A DNA stretch of 64,000 nt from a virus. Positions 1 through 11,990 of the stretch are shown piece by piece. Below the pieces are notes generated by a model. The model worked only from the letters and a program-made list of their open reading frames with translations. It was not told the DNA's origin and ran no database searches. How positions within the stretch are numbered: the stretch's first letter is position 1; the number at the start of each line of letters is the position of its first letter. Location: positions 1 through 64,000 of IMG/VR virus record IMGVR_UViG_3300043811_000021; one strand, written 5' to 3'. Made by a program: the position numbers and the translations under genes.

Positions 1-155
1 GTTACCGTGACAGTGACATTCACACGACTCAACCCAAAGACTCCGAGCGCATGGGATGCCACGGCAGCAGCCTACGCACAGAGTACCGGCAAAGACTTTG
101 AGGCACTGCCGCTGTCCGAGCAAGTACGGCTCATTCGTGAACGGGTCGCGGCCTA

Positions 156-215
156 AAAATAATCCTTGCGCCGCTATATTTTCTACTTGACAAACGTTTC
201 TCACTATGGCAATAT
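156..215 (+). promoter_or_regulatory. Putative early sigma70-type promoter
   Basis: AAAATAATCC, then TTGACA (187-192) AACGTTT, 17 bp spacer, TGnCAATAT; same layout at 4034-4093. Confidence 0.6.
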
Positions 216-457
216 CGTAAGCATGGAAGCAAGCAACGCGGGTCTTGCAAGAACCTGAGATAAGCGATAGGGAGCCAATAGACTTAACAGGGGAACGGCA
301 ACTATCCGCCCGCAAGCAACAGAGATTCAGAGAAAGGGGATGCAAGTATCAATCATTCGGTGCCGGGAGTAAATCTTAAGCAAGCCGGAAGGTAAGGGGA
401 GTCTGGCGGGTTGCCTACCTAGAGTAGGGTACACGAGATCAATTCAGACCGGCACGA

Positions 458-757
458 ATGAGATACAGGCATCGGGGGAGTGCAAGCATGAGGACAGTTT
501 ACAAGTACTTTCTGAATCCAGACATAACCGTACTGGCGTTGCCCTATGGCGCAGAGGTTCTTTCCGTGCATGAGCAACACGAACAAGTATGCCTGTGGGC
601 CTTGGTCGATCCTGACCCAATTAACGGGACAGTCGATAGGAAGTTTAAGACTGTCGGCACAGGTCACGACATCACGGAGACTAATCTTCAGTTCATCGGC
701 TCCGTACATCTGATTGGTGGTGCTCTCGTATTCCACGTTTTCGAGGTTGCGGCGTGA
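458..757 (+). CDS. Conserved phage hypothetical protein
   Basis: ORF with LP.GAEVLSV..Q....CLWALVD and GTGH...FIGSV....G.LVFHVFE pattern typical of a phage family; probable start at the second ATG. Confidence 0.6.
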   Translation: MRYRHRGSASMRTVYKYFLNPDITVLALPYGAEVLSVHEQHEQVCLWALVDPDPINGTVDRKFKTVGTGHDITETNLQFIGSVHLIGGALVFHVFEVAA

Positions 758-924
758 GTTGGCTTAAGACATTGCGAATGACCGTTAACTGCCCCTACTG
801 CGGGACCGGCTACACTTTCCGCAAGATTGAACTCTGGCAAGCATGGATTGCCACCGGGAGAAAAGACCCGTTGCACCCCGCTTGCAAGCAAGCATCGAAG
901 GCGCAGAATACCGGAGCATAGGCC

Positions 925-1272
925 ATGACAGATCACCGCAGACCGTATTGCCTAAACGTCTTTGGGAATGGTTTCCGCCCCGGCAGACGTGTCAAGGCTG
1001 GGAAAAATCACGGCGCATACACCGAGATCATTCCTTGCGGCTGGGGGATTCAAGGCTGGAATCCAGATAACAGGCACGAACCTGGACGGCTCCCAAACAG
1101 CGGCTGCTTCACTTGGCTAGGCATCGTAGCTGTACGGAAAGCCGCAATGGAGTGCCTTGCACGTCCGAACGTCACGCAGGTTTCAGTGAGAACGAACCAG
1201 TCTAAACAGCTTTACAGATGGTTCAAACAACCCGATGGACGGATCACCGGCTATGGTGGGAATGGAGACTGA
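925..1272 (+). CDS. Hypothetical protein
   Basis: 115 aa ORF in rightward gene train. Confidence 0.5.
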   Translation: MTDHRRPYCLNVFGNGFRPGRRVKAGKNHGAYTEIIPCGWGIQGWNPDNRHEPGRLPNSGCFTWLGIVAVRKAAMECLARPNVTQVSVRTNQSKQLYRWFKQPDGRITGYGGNGD

Positions 1273-1729
1273 GACGATGGCACAGTTCAACGTAAGGCAG
1301 CGCATGGTCTACTACGAGGATTTTGTCGTAGAGGCCGAGTCCGCAGAGCAGGCCGTCCAGCTTGTCAATGATTGCGAAGTCGTAGGCAAAGGACCGGAGT
1401 ACCTGGAAACCACCGCTATCTTCCTCACTGACGGGGTTTTCGCTCTCAAAGATCAACCAGAAAATGCAACCGTTTGATGAGGCCAGCAATGAGACAGACT
1501 ATCGAGTTAACATCCTTCGAGTGTGACCTGATTCGTGTTGATATTCTCCACGCGATTGAAGGATTCAAGCGGGATCGCGAATTAGCTCTCTGCCGACCGA
1601 ACAAGCGCGGGGCCGATGTACTACAGGCTGCAATCGATGTACGGGAAGATTTTCTTGAACGTCTGAACGTGATTTTCCCATTAACCGTTTGATACGAAAC
1701 CAATTCATTCCGAAAGGAGTTTTACCGTC

Positions 1730-2182
1730 GTGGCAACCCAAGTAGTCAATTTCCCAAAAACCCGCCAGATCACCCGCAAGGCCAAACCCGCAACCCTCAC
1801 AGCAGCCCAGTACACCCGGCTGACCGTCATCGAACAAGTCCGCCGTGCCTTTCTCCCCGGCGCTCGTCTAGCCGGATTCACCGGCTTAGTCATTGGTGGT
1901 TTTGTTCCTATGGCTACCTGGACTCTGGTCCACTACGAGGTCGAATCTATCCCGGCTCTCTGGCTCCTAGTCGCTGGAGGACTCCTGTACAGTGCTCTCA
2001 CGGTGTTTCAGTGGGGTCTAGCGGCTTTCGGTAACAGGTACAAGGCCGCAGGATTCTGTCTCTTGCTTGAGGGAATTCTGTCTTTCGGTCACGTCCTGGC
2101 GCTCTCTCTTTCGGCTCTGGCCGTGCTCGTATTCATCAACGCTGTATCAGCAGCCTGTGCGTTACAGGTGCGTAAGGGGTAG
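1730..2182 (+). CDS. Hypothetical membrane protein
   Basis: AAGGAG RBS; about 4 hydrophobic segments. Confidence 0.6.
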   Translation: MATQVVNFPKTRQITRKAKPATLTAAQYTRLTVIEQVRRAFLPGARLAGFTGLVIGGFVPMATWTLVHYEVESIPALWLLVAGGLLYSALTVFQWGLAAFGNRYKAAGFCLLLEGILSFGHVLALSLSALAVLVFINAVSAACALQVRKG

Positions 2183-4033
2183 AGCAATGCTCCATCATCC
2201 CGGTAACGATCACTGGCACGAATGGCGAGAGGCGGTCAAGAGCACAGGATATACACCGCAACTTGCCCACGCGGCGCGTGTCTTACTGGAACTCGAAACT
2301 TGGACAGTCAGTGAGTTTGATAGGCTCTCGATTGCGATGATGGAAGGGCGAGTACCTTGCATGTGCCTTGCCACAACTAACATTGCAGACGAGATAAATT
2401 TTGGCATGGGAAAACTAGATGAGTTTGGTTTCTGGGAATTCCCATGCACTCACCGCAAAAAAACAGCGTGACGGGCGCTATATCCCGTCAGTGAGAATTC
2501 AATGCCTGAAGTCCTGAGAAAGTTCCTTGAGTCCCTTGTTTATCCTGAAAGAGATCAGGTTTGGGATTATCTCGATGGAGACCCAGACGCCATTCACGAG
2601 ATGATAGAACTCGTAGCAACTGATACACCATCAACCTTTACGAAAACTGAGGCATAACCGGCAGCGGAGATGCTGCACATGGAGACAGCAATGTCCACAA
2701 CACTTGCACGGAAGATCAGGCGCATCGGACTTGACAGAACCACTTACCGAGAAACTGAAGAGCGCGTCCTGGCAAAGAACGACGAAGGGAAGATGGTCGA
2801 AGAGATCAGGGTCAAGCGCACCCCCCAGCACAACCGGCTCCCGCTCACCATCGAAGAGTTAACCGCAAAGCGTGAGCAAACCATTGCCGAGTGGCGGGCA
2901 AAGCGCAAGAGGCGCAAGTAGACCCAGGCAGGGCTTGCTCTGCCGCCTGCCTGACTCGCTAGCAAAGAGAAGCGTATTCGTTCACTTAGGTATACCGGCG
3001 ATACGGAGGAGTGGGCAGGCGGGAGCGCATCGCTCTAATCACTTGATAGGAGATCAACGAAATGGCATTAGGATATACAAGTCCAAGCATGATGCTGATA
3101 GGACTAATCTTTACAGCATTCATCGGCATATTCGCTGCCGCAGCCCTTTTTGTTATCGGCTGGGAGTATGACAACAGACGTAAGGTAACGGTATTGGCAG
3201 TCTACACTCTTGTCAATATCTCCATGATCACAACTCTGGCAGTAGTGGCATGGAGATTATCTCAACACTTCTTTAGCAACTGACAAGAGAGCCACGGAAA
3301 AACCTGTTTACGGGAAACAACCGGAGTAGCCATGAACCGTTATCAGCTCATGCACCAATTCGGCAAGAATCCTGATATTGTCGCCGTGCTCGTCTGGGCA
3401 ACCCAACAGGCACTCAAGGCATATGGAAAGACTCACCCTGATTACAAACGTCAACGCTGCAATAGACAGCGCGACCTCATGCTCTGGGGCGCGAGAAAGA
3501 TCAAGAGGGCCGTCCATGATGAGCGTAGCTACTACTGAGGCTGAACAGATCGCAGCCGAGTTTGAACGGACCCTAAACGGTCTATTCGATCAAATCGACA
3601 AACTACCACCCGAACACAGAGAGAAGGCCTTTCAGGTCATGGCCAATACTCCCTGGTTCCGAGAAACGGAGCATACGCTATGAAATGCTTTGCTTGCGAA
3701 GATGGCTGGCTACGGCGCTCAGTCCCTCACCCATGCCTCCCTGGTAAACGAGTAATCGTTACACGCGTCTGCCCGACATGCGAGGGTAAAGGGAAAGTAG
3801 AGGCAATACCAAACCTGTTTGCCGCTGTAAAAGAGGAAACCTATGCGCCTAATCACGCGTGACTACCGACGCACCGAGGAAGATGACTTCAAATTGAATG
3901 TCCAGCCTTATCTGGATTCCTCTAACGAAGCTGTGCCGCTGTACCATGCTTTTCGAGATACCCTCACAGGGGAATTGACTGGAGAACATAACGCAACATG
4001 TTTTGGATGGAAAATAGTTCCGAGAGGCGAGTG

Positions 4034-4093
4034 AAAATAATCCACCGCAATCGTTACTTTCTCATTGACAAACGTTTTGAAACATGAAAGTAT
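4034..4093 (+). promoter_or_regulatory. Putative early promoter, second copy
   Basis: AAAATAATCC starting 31 nt before TTGACA (4065-4070) AACGTTT, as at 156-215. Confidence 0.6.
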
Positions 4094-4122
4094 TAACTCA
4101 TCCTTGGGAGAGGAGAAAAACA

Positions 4123-5142
4123 ATGTCAGCACAAACAGTTTCTTTTGAATCGGCAGAGTCCATGCCCGTAACATTGGTTGACGGGGTTAATGAGACTCTT
4201 GAAGCAACCCCGGCAGACGATACCGTTACCGTCCAAGCCAAAGCAAAGCGCATGAAAGATTTAGGCAAGGCGCGTGATGCCGTCTGGATTGACCCTCGTA
4301 AGATCGTCATTGAAAATGGGCACAATCCCCGCAATTACGAACTTCCCGAAAATCACGCTCATCTTGACGCGCTCAAGCGGTCCATCAAAGAAAATGGCAC
4401 TCTGGTTCCTTTGCTTGTCCGCTTCGATACCGCTACCGGCTCCGCCGTGCTGGTTGACGGGGAATGCAGACTACGGGCTAATCTAGAATTGATTGCTGAA
4501 GGCGTAGAGATCGATTTAGTCCCGACTACGCAGGTTTCTGGCAACAATGAAGCGTCCCGGCTCCTGATAGCTATTACAGCCAACACTGGTAAACCTCTTT
4601 CCAAGTGGGAATTGGGAGCGGCTTTCCAACGTCTCTATAACTTCGGCTGGGATGAAGCCAAGATCGCGCTGAAGACTGGATATGATGAGCGGTTTATCCA
4701 TGAGGCAATGGAACTGGCAGACGCGCCCGATGAAGTCAAGCAGCTTCTTTCTTCGCAAGCCGTAACCCCGGCGCTAGCGTTGTCGCAGTTGCGTACCAAT
4801 GGCTCTGCTGCCGTCCAGACACTACAGAGCATCGCCAACGATCACAAGGCCAGCGGCAAAGCAGGACCGGCAAAGCGGGCAAAGGCTAACCCCGCCCCGG
4901 CGCAATCCAGCGCACCGGCACAGCCTACCGTACAGCCCGCAACCAATCAGGCTCCTGTAGCGGCCAAAGGCAAGCGCAGCACATCGGCTCCCGACATGGA
5001 AGACGTGTACAAATCTCTCTGTGACTTGCTGGTAGATGTGAACGTTGCAGACCTTACCAATTCAGAGGTTGAATCAGTATCCGTCTCCGCAATAAAGCTC
5101 TTGACGCTCTCCAATCTGGTTAACCGGGCAATCAGCAACTAG
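4123..5142 (+). CDS. ParB/Srx-like N-terminal domain protein
   Basis: NPR...LKRSIKENG.LVPLLV...LVDGECRLRA ParB-type motif, HTH-like region, low-complexity tail; AGGAG RBS. Confidence 0.8.
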   Translation: MSAQTVSFESAESMPVTLVDGVNETLEATPADDTVTVQAKAKRMKDLGKARDAVWIDPRKIVIENGHNPRNYELPENHAHLDALKRSIKENGTLVPLLVRFDTATGSAVLVDGECRLRANLELIAEGVEIDLVPTTQVSGNNEASRLLIAITANTGKPLSKWELGAAFQRLYNFGWDEAKIALKTGYDERFIHEAMELADAPDEVKQLLSSQAVTPALALSQLRTNGSAAVQTLQSIANDHKASGKAGPAKRAKANPAPAQSSAPAQPTVQPATNQAPVAAKGKRSTSAPDMEDVYKSLCDLLVDVNVADLTNSEVESVSVSAIKLLTLSNLVNRAISN

Positions 5143-5151
5143 GAGACGGGC

Positions 5152-5385
5152 GTGGATAAGGAACTGTTTTATCTGAGGATCAAACTCGCCGCTGAAGCAT
5201 TGGGAGTAATCGTCCACTGGGGAAAAGATGTACACGCGGGCGATTACTACCTAGCTATGCGCAATGGTCCTGTTAAGTTCCTTCAGTGTAAGTCTGTTAA
5301 CTACGAGAGTGGGCTTGTTGTCCCTACTACCCCAGATTACTCGTATGACATAGAGGAATGCGTTCCTGTATCCGTATTGAGTTAG
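5152..5385 (+). CDS. Hypothetical protein
   Basis: AGGAG RBS before GTG. Confidence 0.5.
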   Translation: MDKELFYLRIKLAAEALGVIVHWGKDVHAGDYYLAMRNGPVKFLQCKSVNYESGLVVPTTPDYSYDIEECVPVSVLS

Positions 5386-5397
5386 GGAGACATATCG

Positions 5398-6387
5398 ATG
5401 GATCACATTCAGTCTGTACGGGCGGCGCTCAAAGCAGCGTCAGTCAAAGGCTCTCCGCCGCCCGTTGTAGCTATTCCAGTAGAGGGTCACGCTCCTGTAT
5501 GCATCAAGGCAAAGCTCCTGAAGGGCGCTCTCAAGGGCGTGACAATTGATTCTGTGGAGTTGCTGGATAACGGTTGGCTCAAGGTCATAGGTCACGCTCA
5601 AGGGGTGAGCCGTACCTGCTCTAAATTCGCTCCGATGAACCGTATCCTGGCACTCAGACAGATCAGCGATTGGGCCGAACGTGAGCGCAAGAAGCGTGTC
5701 CTGATAATCAATCAGGGCGTGTTATCGGCTGAGGCGCAGAGAGAACTGAAACTCAAAGAAGCCGAGAAAGCTGGCATTGCCGAACTACTCAAGGCCCAAC
5801 GGGAAGAGAAAGAAATCCTGGAGTCTGTCAAAGAGCGCATTAACCCCGTGCTGACTCCTGTAGACCCTGAGACACGGCAAGAGATCATTCAGTCCTATGC
5901 GGCCTACCGAGCACAGCACCGTAAGCGCGGCGCGGTCATCCGCTGGCAACTCGCCAAGCTCCGCAAAGAGAAAGCCGAGATGGTCACGGTAAAACGTGAG
6001 TACGAAGAGCGGCCCCGGATCAGTCCTTTCGCCCGACGCAAGAGGGTCATGGTTGGCGAGAAAACGGTCCTGCGGCGCAAGAAAGACGCTGTAAGATATG
6101 CAGCGGTGATTTACCAGATCGGCGAACTAGAGAAGCAATACAAGGCTCTCTATGCCGATGTGTGGGTTCCGCGTGAGTATTGGAGCGGTGGAGGCTACTA
6201 CCGCGACCCCTGGATTGATAAGCGGCCAAAAGACTTGCCGTATACACCACCATACGGGTACTGGAGCGTCAAGAACGAAACAGCGCATCGAAAGCATAAG
6301 GCAGAACACTTGAAAAACGTTCGCGGTGACATTCGGGCCTTAACTCCACCGCAAGACAAAACCGAAGAATTTCAGATCGCAGCTTGA
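5398..6387 (+). CDS. Hypothetical basic coiled-coil protein
   Basis: 329 aa ORF, GGGAG RBS. Confidence 0.65.
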   Translation: MDHIQSVRAALKAASVKGSPPPVVAIPVEGHAPVCIKAKLLKGALKGVTIDSVELLDNGWLKVIGHAQGVSRTCSKFAPMNRILALRQISDWAERERKKRVLIINQGVLSAEAQRELKLKEAEKAGIAELLKAQREEKEILESVKERINPVLTPVDPETRQEIIQSYAAYRAQHRKRGAVIRWQLAKLRKEKAEMVTVKREYEERPRISPFARRKRVMVGEKTVLRRKKDAVRYAAVIYQIGELEKQYKALYADVWVPREYWSGGGYYRDPWIDKRPKDLPYTPPYGYWSVKNETAHRKHKAEHLKNVRGDIRALTPPQDKTEEFQIAA

Positions 6388-7070
6388 TAGGGAGACAAAA
6401 CATGCCGGGAATGACACTAAAACAGTTTGCACGACATAGGTTCTTTCAGTTATGTGATTCTATGAAAGAAGCCAAAAAGCACCTCGACACTCAAGATGGA
6501 CGGGAGTCTTTCATAGTTCTCTCTGTGCAACTTCACATATCTAAGGGTAACGTACCAAAATATCTTTGGAGGTACGCACAGTGAATCCACGCTATCTAGC
6601 CTATTGCAAAGCGCACAGCAAAACACCGGAGGAAATGGCTGAGTATGACTCAGACAAATTTGCTGGAGGATGTATGACTGGATTCTTAATCTGGAGCGGT
6701 CAGATGCTCTACAAAGCGCGAGAGGAGCATCCTGGCTGGTTCCGCAATAAGACACTGTACGATCACGTTGCATACGATGATTGGTTACAGAAAGAGGTGC
6801 AAGCATGATTCACAATGGGTGGACCTATGACGGTCATATCGAATGGAACCGTAAGGTATTCCAGATATGGCACAAGGATTTTGAGGTCGGCTCAAATCTT
6901 GCCTATCGTGGATACATCGAGACGCATCAACCATCCGACGGCTCAGCTAATCCTCCCCCAAAAAACAGCGGACACTCCACCAGCTTAAAAGCATTTTCTC
7001 GAATGTCAAGATTCCCATTAGAGTTGCTCGAATCGGTAGTAGAAGAAACAACACAACGAGAGGCTTAATC

Positions 7071-7838
7071 ATGAACATCGACAGCGCAGTACTTGACGTA
7101 TTAAGCAATTCCATAATGGATGGTAACTCTCTAAAGCTGACTGGTCAGCTTGACCGGGCGCTCTACGTCGCAACCAACAAAGTCTTGGAGGCCGCAGGAG
7201 GTAAGTGGAATCGCAAAGCACAAGCCCACATCTTCGACGGCGTAGCGTCTGAGATCATGGATAACATCATTCTGACGGGGAAAGTAACGGATAAGAAACA
7301 GGAGTTAGGATACTTTCCGACTCCACTGGCTGTAGTTAAAAGGCTACTGGAACTAGCAGAGATCGAGCCTGGAATGCTTGTCTTAGAGCCGAGCGCAGGG
7401 CAAGGCGCGATAGCGGTTGAGATCGCAAAACTACACGCTATAGTTCATTGCTACGAGATTGACGGGGAGAACTCCGAAAAACTATCTTCTAGGTTGTTTA
7501 GCGCCTCTCCAGAGTACAGAGTAGAGACGACAGACTTTCTTACAATACCGCCAGAGAAAGCAAACTTCAGGGGAGACCTATACGACCGCGTAGTTATGAA
7601 TCCTCCATTTGCTAAGAACTCCGCGCCAGCACACGTTTTACACGCGCTGAAGTTACTTGCGCCTAATGGCCGTCTAGTCTCTGTCATGCCGTCCAGCGTC
7701 ACATTCCGTACCGACAGACTCAACAAGGCGGTACGGGACGCTGTAGAGGCCAGTGGGAGCATAGAGCCATTACCGGAAAATTCCTTTGCGGAGTCTGGCA
7801 CAAACGTCAATACCGTTATCGTCACAATCAACGCCTAA
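7071..7838 (+). CDS. SAM-dependent N6-adenine/N4-cytosine DNA methyltransferase-like protein
   Basis: YFPTP, VLEPSAGQG (motif I), VMNPPF (motif IV), F.ESGT.V.T. Confidence 0.85.
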   Translation: MNIDSAVLDVLSNSIMDGNSLKLTGQLDRALYVATNKVLEAAGGKWNRKAQAHIFDGVASEIMDNIILTGKVTDKKQELGYFPTPLAVVKRLLELAEIEPGMLVLEPSAGQGAIAVEIAKLHAIVHCYEIDGENSEKLSSRLFSASPEYRVETTDFLTIPPEKANFRGDLYDRVVMNPPFAKNSAPAHVLHALKLLAPNGRLVSVMPSSVTFRTDRLNKAVRDAVEASGSIEPLPENSFAESGTNVNTVIVTINA

Positions 7839-8794
7839 TTGATAGGCAACCAAATCAACCGGAGAGGAAAAGGGAAAATGCCAAAGACAGTAGAAGAAGT
7901 TGAGAAGTTCATCGAAGTTCTGGAGGATGCTGGATATGAACCTGAGTCCTATAGCGGACGCGGGATGTACGGAAAAAATTGCGTATCTCTTAAGGGAGAT
8001 GTTTCAGTCTGGGATGTTGCATACTCTCTGTGGTTTAATAACTTCGACGATGAAGACCTAGATGTTCCTGAGCCGAAGACTGATTCCTTGGGACTTGGAA
8101 TTGTCATTTACTGGCCTAGTTATGAGTGGCCGAAAGATCGTGACTGATGACAGTCCTACAGGGTTTCATCCTTGGATTTATAGCGGGCGCTTCACTGATT
8201 GCTGTTGCGGTCGGGTGGAGATTGAGTAAGTTAACTCTGCTTTGATAGCAGACCAAAATGGAGGCTAGTATGTACACACATGGGATTTTACCGGACGAAG
8301 TACAGTTCCAAGCGCAGGCAAGACTATCTGGCCTATCGGCCCAACAAATGGCCGATCAGATCGTACTCCTATTTCATCCTGCTCACGACTCATTTGGTGA
8401 ATTTGAAGAATATCCAATGACTGTCACCAAAGGACTAGCTCTCATGGAAGAACTCGATAGACAAGCAAAAGTCGAGATAGCCGAACTACAGAAAGGGAAG
8501 AATTGATCTGGAACGTTCAGAACTATTGGATCGCTGTGCAACAGTGGATAAACGGAAACTTACTTCTCACATTCACCTTCCTATTGGCGCTGATCTGGGG
8601 GAAGATAGCCTACGAAAGCATCAACAAGTATTACCGAAGTGAAAAATTGATTCGTTTCCTAAGTAAGCGAATCAGACATAAATATCAGGAAATTGCTAAC
8701 GGGATGAGGTTGGAGAGGAAAGTGAAAGAGTTTTACTTCAACCAAGACAAAGAACTTTTTGAATCGTGTTTAATCAAAGAAAAGGAGGTAGATC

Positions 8795-9532
8795 ATGGCA
8801 TTGACACAGGAACAGATCGAAGAGTTTAGGGACAAGGCTATTAAGTGGGCGGGTTCGCCCCCATCGCGCTACGATCTCGAAGCCTTCGCGCAAGATGCGC
8901 TGCGCATCCTCGCACCCTCGCAGCCGAGCGCGGAGCTAGCCGCATGTGAAGAGTGCGCCGGGACGGGATTTAACGACAGAGGCAGAGTTTGTCAATGCTC
9001 TCGCTCTAAGCCGCCCCACCAGCCAACAGAACGGCGCGAAAACGCCCACTTCGCCCAGCAGGAGCGCCAAGCCGTAGCAGCGGTAGAACGCGATCTTAAA
9101 GTCGCCAGTGCCGCCAACCAAGAATTAATACGTGAAATATCCAATGTAGATGCAAATATGCGCGAGGCCGTAGAGCAGGCCGTGCGGAAGTGCTGCGAGT
9201 ATAGGGATGAGGACATCAATACATTTACGGCGGGGTGGAACGATTGCAAGTGGAGCGATGATAAGGCATGTATTGAAGGTATCAAAGCCGTGCTCGACGC
9301 TCATCTCGCCGCAGCCCTGCCAGCAGAGAAGAAGACACCAGAGGAGCGGGTGACGATTGACCATCTTAGCCTTGGAGAGTTTCCCGGCGATGCCTACATC
9401 GTAAAGGTTGACGGAATGCCCGGATTCGATGGCCACACTTTTTTCGGGAACATAACAGGGAAAAAACACGCCGAAATCTATCGCCTCGGCCTAATAGCGC
9501 AGATCGCAGCACAAGGGGGAGACCATGCCTGA
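8795..9532 (+). CDS. Hypothetical protein
   Basis: AGGAGG RBS; CxxCxGxG zinc-knuckle-like segment. Confidence 0.55.
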   Translation: MALTQEQIEEFRDKAIKWAGSPPSRYDLEAFAQDALRILAPSQPSAELAACEECAGTGFNDRGRVCQCSRSKPPHQPTERRENAHFAQQERQAVAAVERDLKVASAANQELIREISNVDANMREAVEQAVRKCCEYRDEDINTFTAGWNDCKWSDDKACIEGIKAVLDAHLAAALPAEKKTPEERVTIDHLSLGEFPGDAYIVKVDGMPGFDGHTFFGNITGKKHAEIYRLGLIAQIAAQGGDHA

Positions 9533-10145
9533 ACATACACCGTGGAAGAGAAAAAAAATGACCAGCGACCTGATTATTTTCAACGATATGGGACGTATAG
9601 TGGCAAGTTTTGAGCGCAGCATAGAGCTTGATTTTGCTCTTCTCTCTGCCAACTTCCACGACTGGCTAGTAGAAGCGCTTTCTGAGATGGTTCGAGACTG
9701 CGAATACCATAACGGGCGCGTAGATCGTTCCACTCTATGCAAGGCAAAAACACTCCTCGACAAGATCGAGAAAGAGGCATCCAAATGAGCGGATGGAATC
9801 TTGAAGAAGAAATTGAGGAAGATTGGGGAGGTACAAATCCAACCGCTCTCTCACGTTTCTTCAAAAAACTTGGGCAATTTATCCAATCTATTTTTGATAG
9901 GCGGTCAAAATGAAACACGTCACAATAGGTCTCCGCATGGACACAGAGTTTATCTCTCTCCTGTGGGCTGATGTTGAACTTTCTAACCTGCGTCTTAAAG
10001 ATGAGTTGACTCCTAGCCAACAGTTGGCTCTGCTGGTTCTATATGAAGCACGAGGCGGAACTGAAGTCCAAGTGCATGACTCAATACTCCATTCATGGAG
10101 ACCGCATATTGAGGCTGTATCGGAAATGAGAAAAGTGGAGGAATC

Positions 10146-10979
10146 GTGATGGCAACCAAAAAACAGACGAAACAAAAAGAGCCTGCAACCTACGAAGAGT
10201 TTTTAGCTAAAGAATGGACTAGTTTCGAGACTCTTAACGCAGAATGGGATGCTAACGTCCCTCCATCTAACTACCCGTTTCAGGTAGGAGAGTCAGTGCG
10301 CTATGGAGCAATGCATGATCCTCGCGTCGAAGAAGTTTTGAAAGACGGTCGTCTCCTGCATATCAGTTACCACGACAAAGGATCATCCTACGGTGTTCCA
10401 TTCGATCACAACCGCCGTCTCCCAAGGCTTGTCTGGTGGGTACAAGTCGATCCTCTGTCCAGAGAAGAATACACATCCTTTGCGCGTCCGATAATATCAA
10501 CTCAGTATATGCAAACATCACTCGATTCTCTCATGCATCAAACATACTCTAGGGGGATTATCGACTCACCAGATTACCAGAGAGACTATGTATGGACTCT
10601 CGAAGATAAGCAGAGACTTATCAGAAGCATACTGGATCAAATGGATATTGGTAAGTTTGTTTTCTTAACCCGCCCGTATCCTGAACATCGTTTAGAGGTG
10701 GTAGACGGAAAACAGAGACTCAATGCGATTATGGAGTTCATCCAGGGACGATTTGAGTACGAGGGGAAAACGTGGTTCCAGTTCAGTAGGGATGATAAGA
10801 ACTCGTTTAAGCAGTTGATGATCCAGCAGGCGACCTTAGACTCAACAAAGGTCTCAAAGTCTGACATCCTATGGCTGTTCCTTTCGATTAACACTGGCGG
10901 AGTCCCGCAGACCGAAGAGCATGTTGCCAAAGCCAAGAAGTTATATGCTGAGGCTTTGATAGCGGAACAAACGAAGTAA
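10146..10979 (+). CDS. DUF262 (ParB/Srx-fold) domain protein
   Basis: PDYQRDYVW, VVDGKQRL, F..IN.GG signatures. Confidence 0.85.
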   Translation: MMATKKQTKQKEPATYEEFLAKEWTSFETLNAEWDANVPPSNYPFQVGESVRYGAMHDPRVEEVLKDGRLLHISYHDKGSSYGVPFDHNRRLPRLVWWVQVDPLSREEYTSFARPIISTQYMQTSLDSLMHQTYSRGIIDSPDYQRDYVWTLEDKQRLIRSILDQMDIGKFVFLTRPYPEHRLEVVDGKQRLNAIMEFIQGRFEYEGKTWFQFSRDDKNSFKQLMIQQATLDSTKVSKSDILWLFLSINTGGVPQTEEHVAKAKKLYAEALIAEQTK

Positions 10980-10989
10980 TAGGAGATCA

Positions 10990-11298
10990 ATGATAGAAAA
11001 ACTAACAAAAACAGTCTATAAATGCACATGCGAACTTCCAGACTGCGGTAAGAGTTGGGAGTCAGAAAGCGATCATCCTACTGTATGCCGATGGTGCCAC
11101 TCAAGAAACTGGGATGGATCAGGACCAAAACAGAAATACCATCTCCTAACTGCAAAAGGAAAAACTCAACACCTATCTGCGTGGGCAAAAGAAACAGGAA
11201 TAAGCCGACAAACAATACGCCACCGCCTAGACACATTAGGATGGTCCGAGGAAAAGGCAGTTACTACACCAGCAAGGAAAAGGAGAAAAACGAAGTGA
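10990..11298 (+). CDS. Zinc-ribbon/HTH hypothetical protein
   Basis: Cys pairs, then LSAWAKETGISRQTIRHRL...GWS..KA HTH-like tail. Confidence 0.55.
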   Translation: MIEKLTKTVYKCTCELPDCGKSWESESDHPTVCRWCHSRNWDGSGPKQKYHLLTAKGKTQHLSAWAKETGISRQTIRHRLDTLGWSEEKAVTTPARKRRKTK

Positions 11299-11990
11299 GC
11301 TACAGCGTATTTTTTGGATTCTCCTCTGGATTAGCGAAACCACTAAAGGTTCCCGTTGGCACCAAGAAAGCAATTCTTGAACACGTCGAGAAAGTTGAAA
11401 GAGTGCTTGGATTGAAACGTACTCAGTACGAAGATAATCCTGTCCATTGGGATCATTTCGATCATGAGTATCGCAATGGTTTTCCTAGCGTTGATGACAA
11501 AACATTATGTAATACAGTAGAGGACCATAACGCTTGGGTGCGAGGTCTTTATCGTGAATTTGGCGAATGGTTTGAGAAGCCATTTAAGAGCAGTAAGGGA
11601 CGTCGTGGAGAATGGATCACTCCAAAGGATGCGAAGATGTTCTGGCATAGTTTAGTAGAGTTAAATGTGGAAGTGTCTCGATGGACACCTGAATATTATA
11701 TCAATCGGATGGAACACTTATATGAAGTTATGCGCGGTAGAGAGTCAGAAGGTGTAACCTTTGGCGCAAAGGCACTAACAACAGAACAGGCCGCTGCGGT
11801 TGTCAATATTTTTTCTCCTTTCTTGGATAAAGATGATAGGAGATTAGATGTTCCAAACGGTTACGACTATCTAGCATCCTCCTACGATGGTGGATATACA
11901 TGGTGTGAAAAATGTGGTGCTGTTACACCAGAAGACGCAGATGCTTGCCGTAAGAGAAAATGCCCTATACGAGCGGAGCGTGGCGAATGA
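11295..11990 (+). CDS. Hypothetical protein
   Basis: GTG start after AGGAG; C-terminal Cys cluster. Confidence 0.6.
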   Translation: MSYSVFFGFSSGLAKPLKVPVGTKKAILEHVEKVERVLGLKRTQYEDNPVHWDHFDHEYRNGFPSVDDKTLCNTVEDHNAWVRGLYREFGEWFEKPFKSSKGRRGEWITPKDAKMFWHSLVELNVEVSRWTPEYYINRMEHLYEVMRGRESEGVTFGAKALTTEQAAAVVNIFSPFLDKDDRRLDVPNGYDYLASSYDGGYTWCEKCGAVTPEDADACRKRKCPIRAERGE

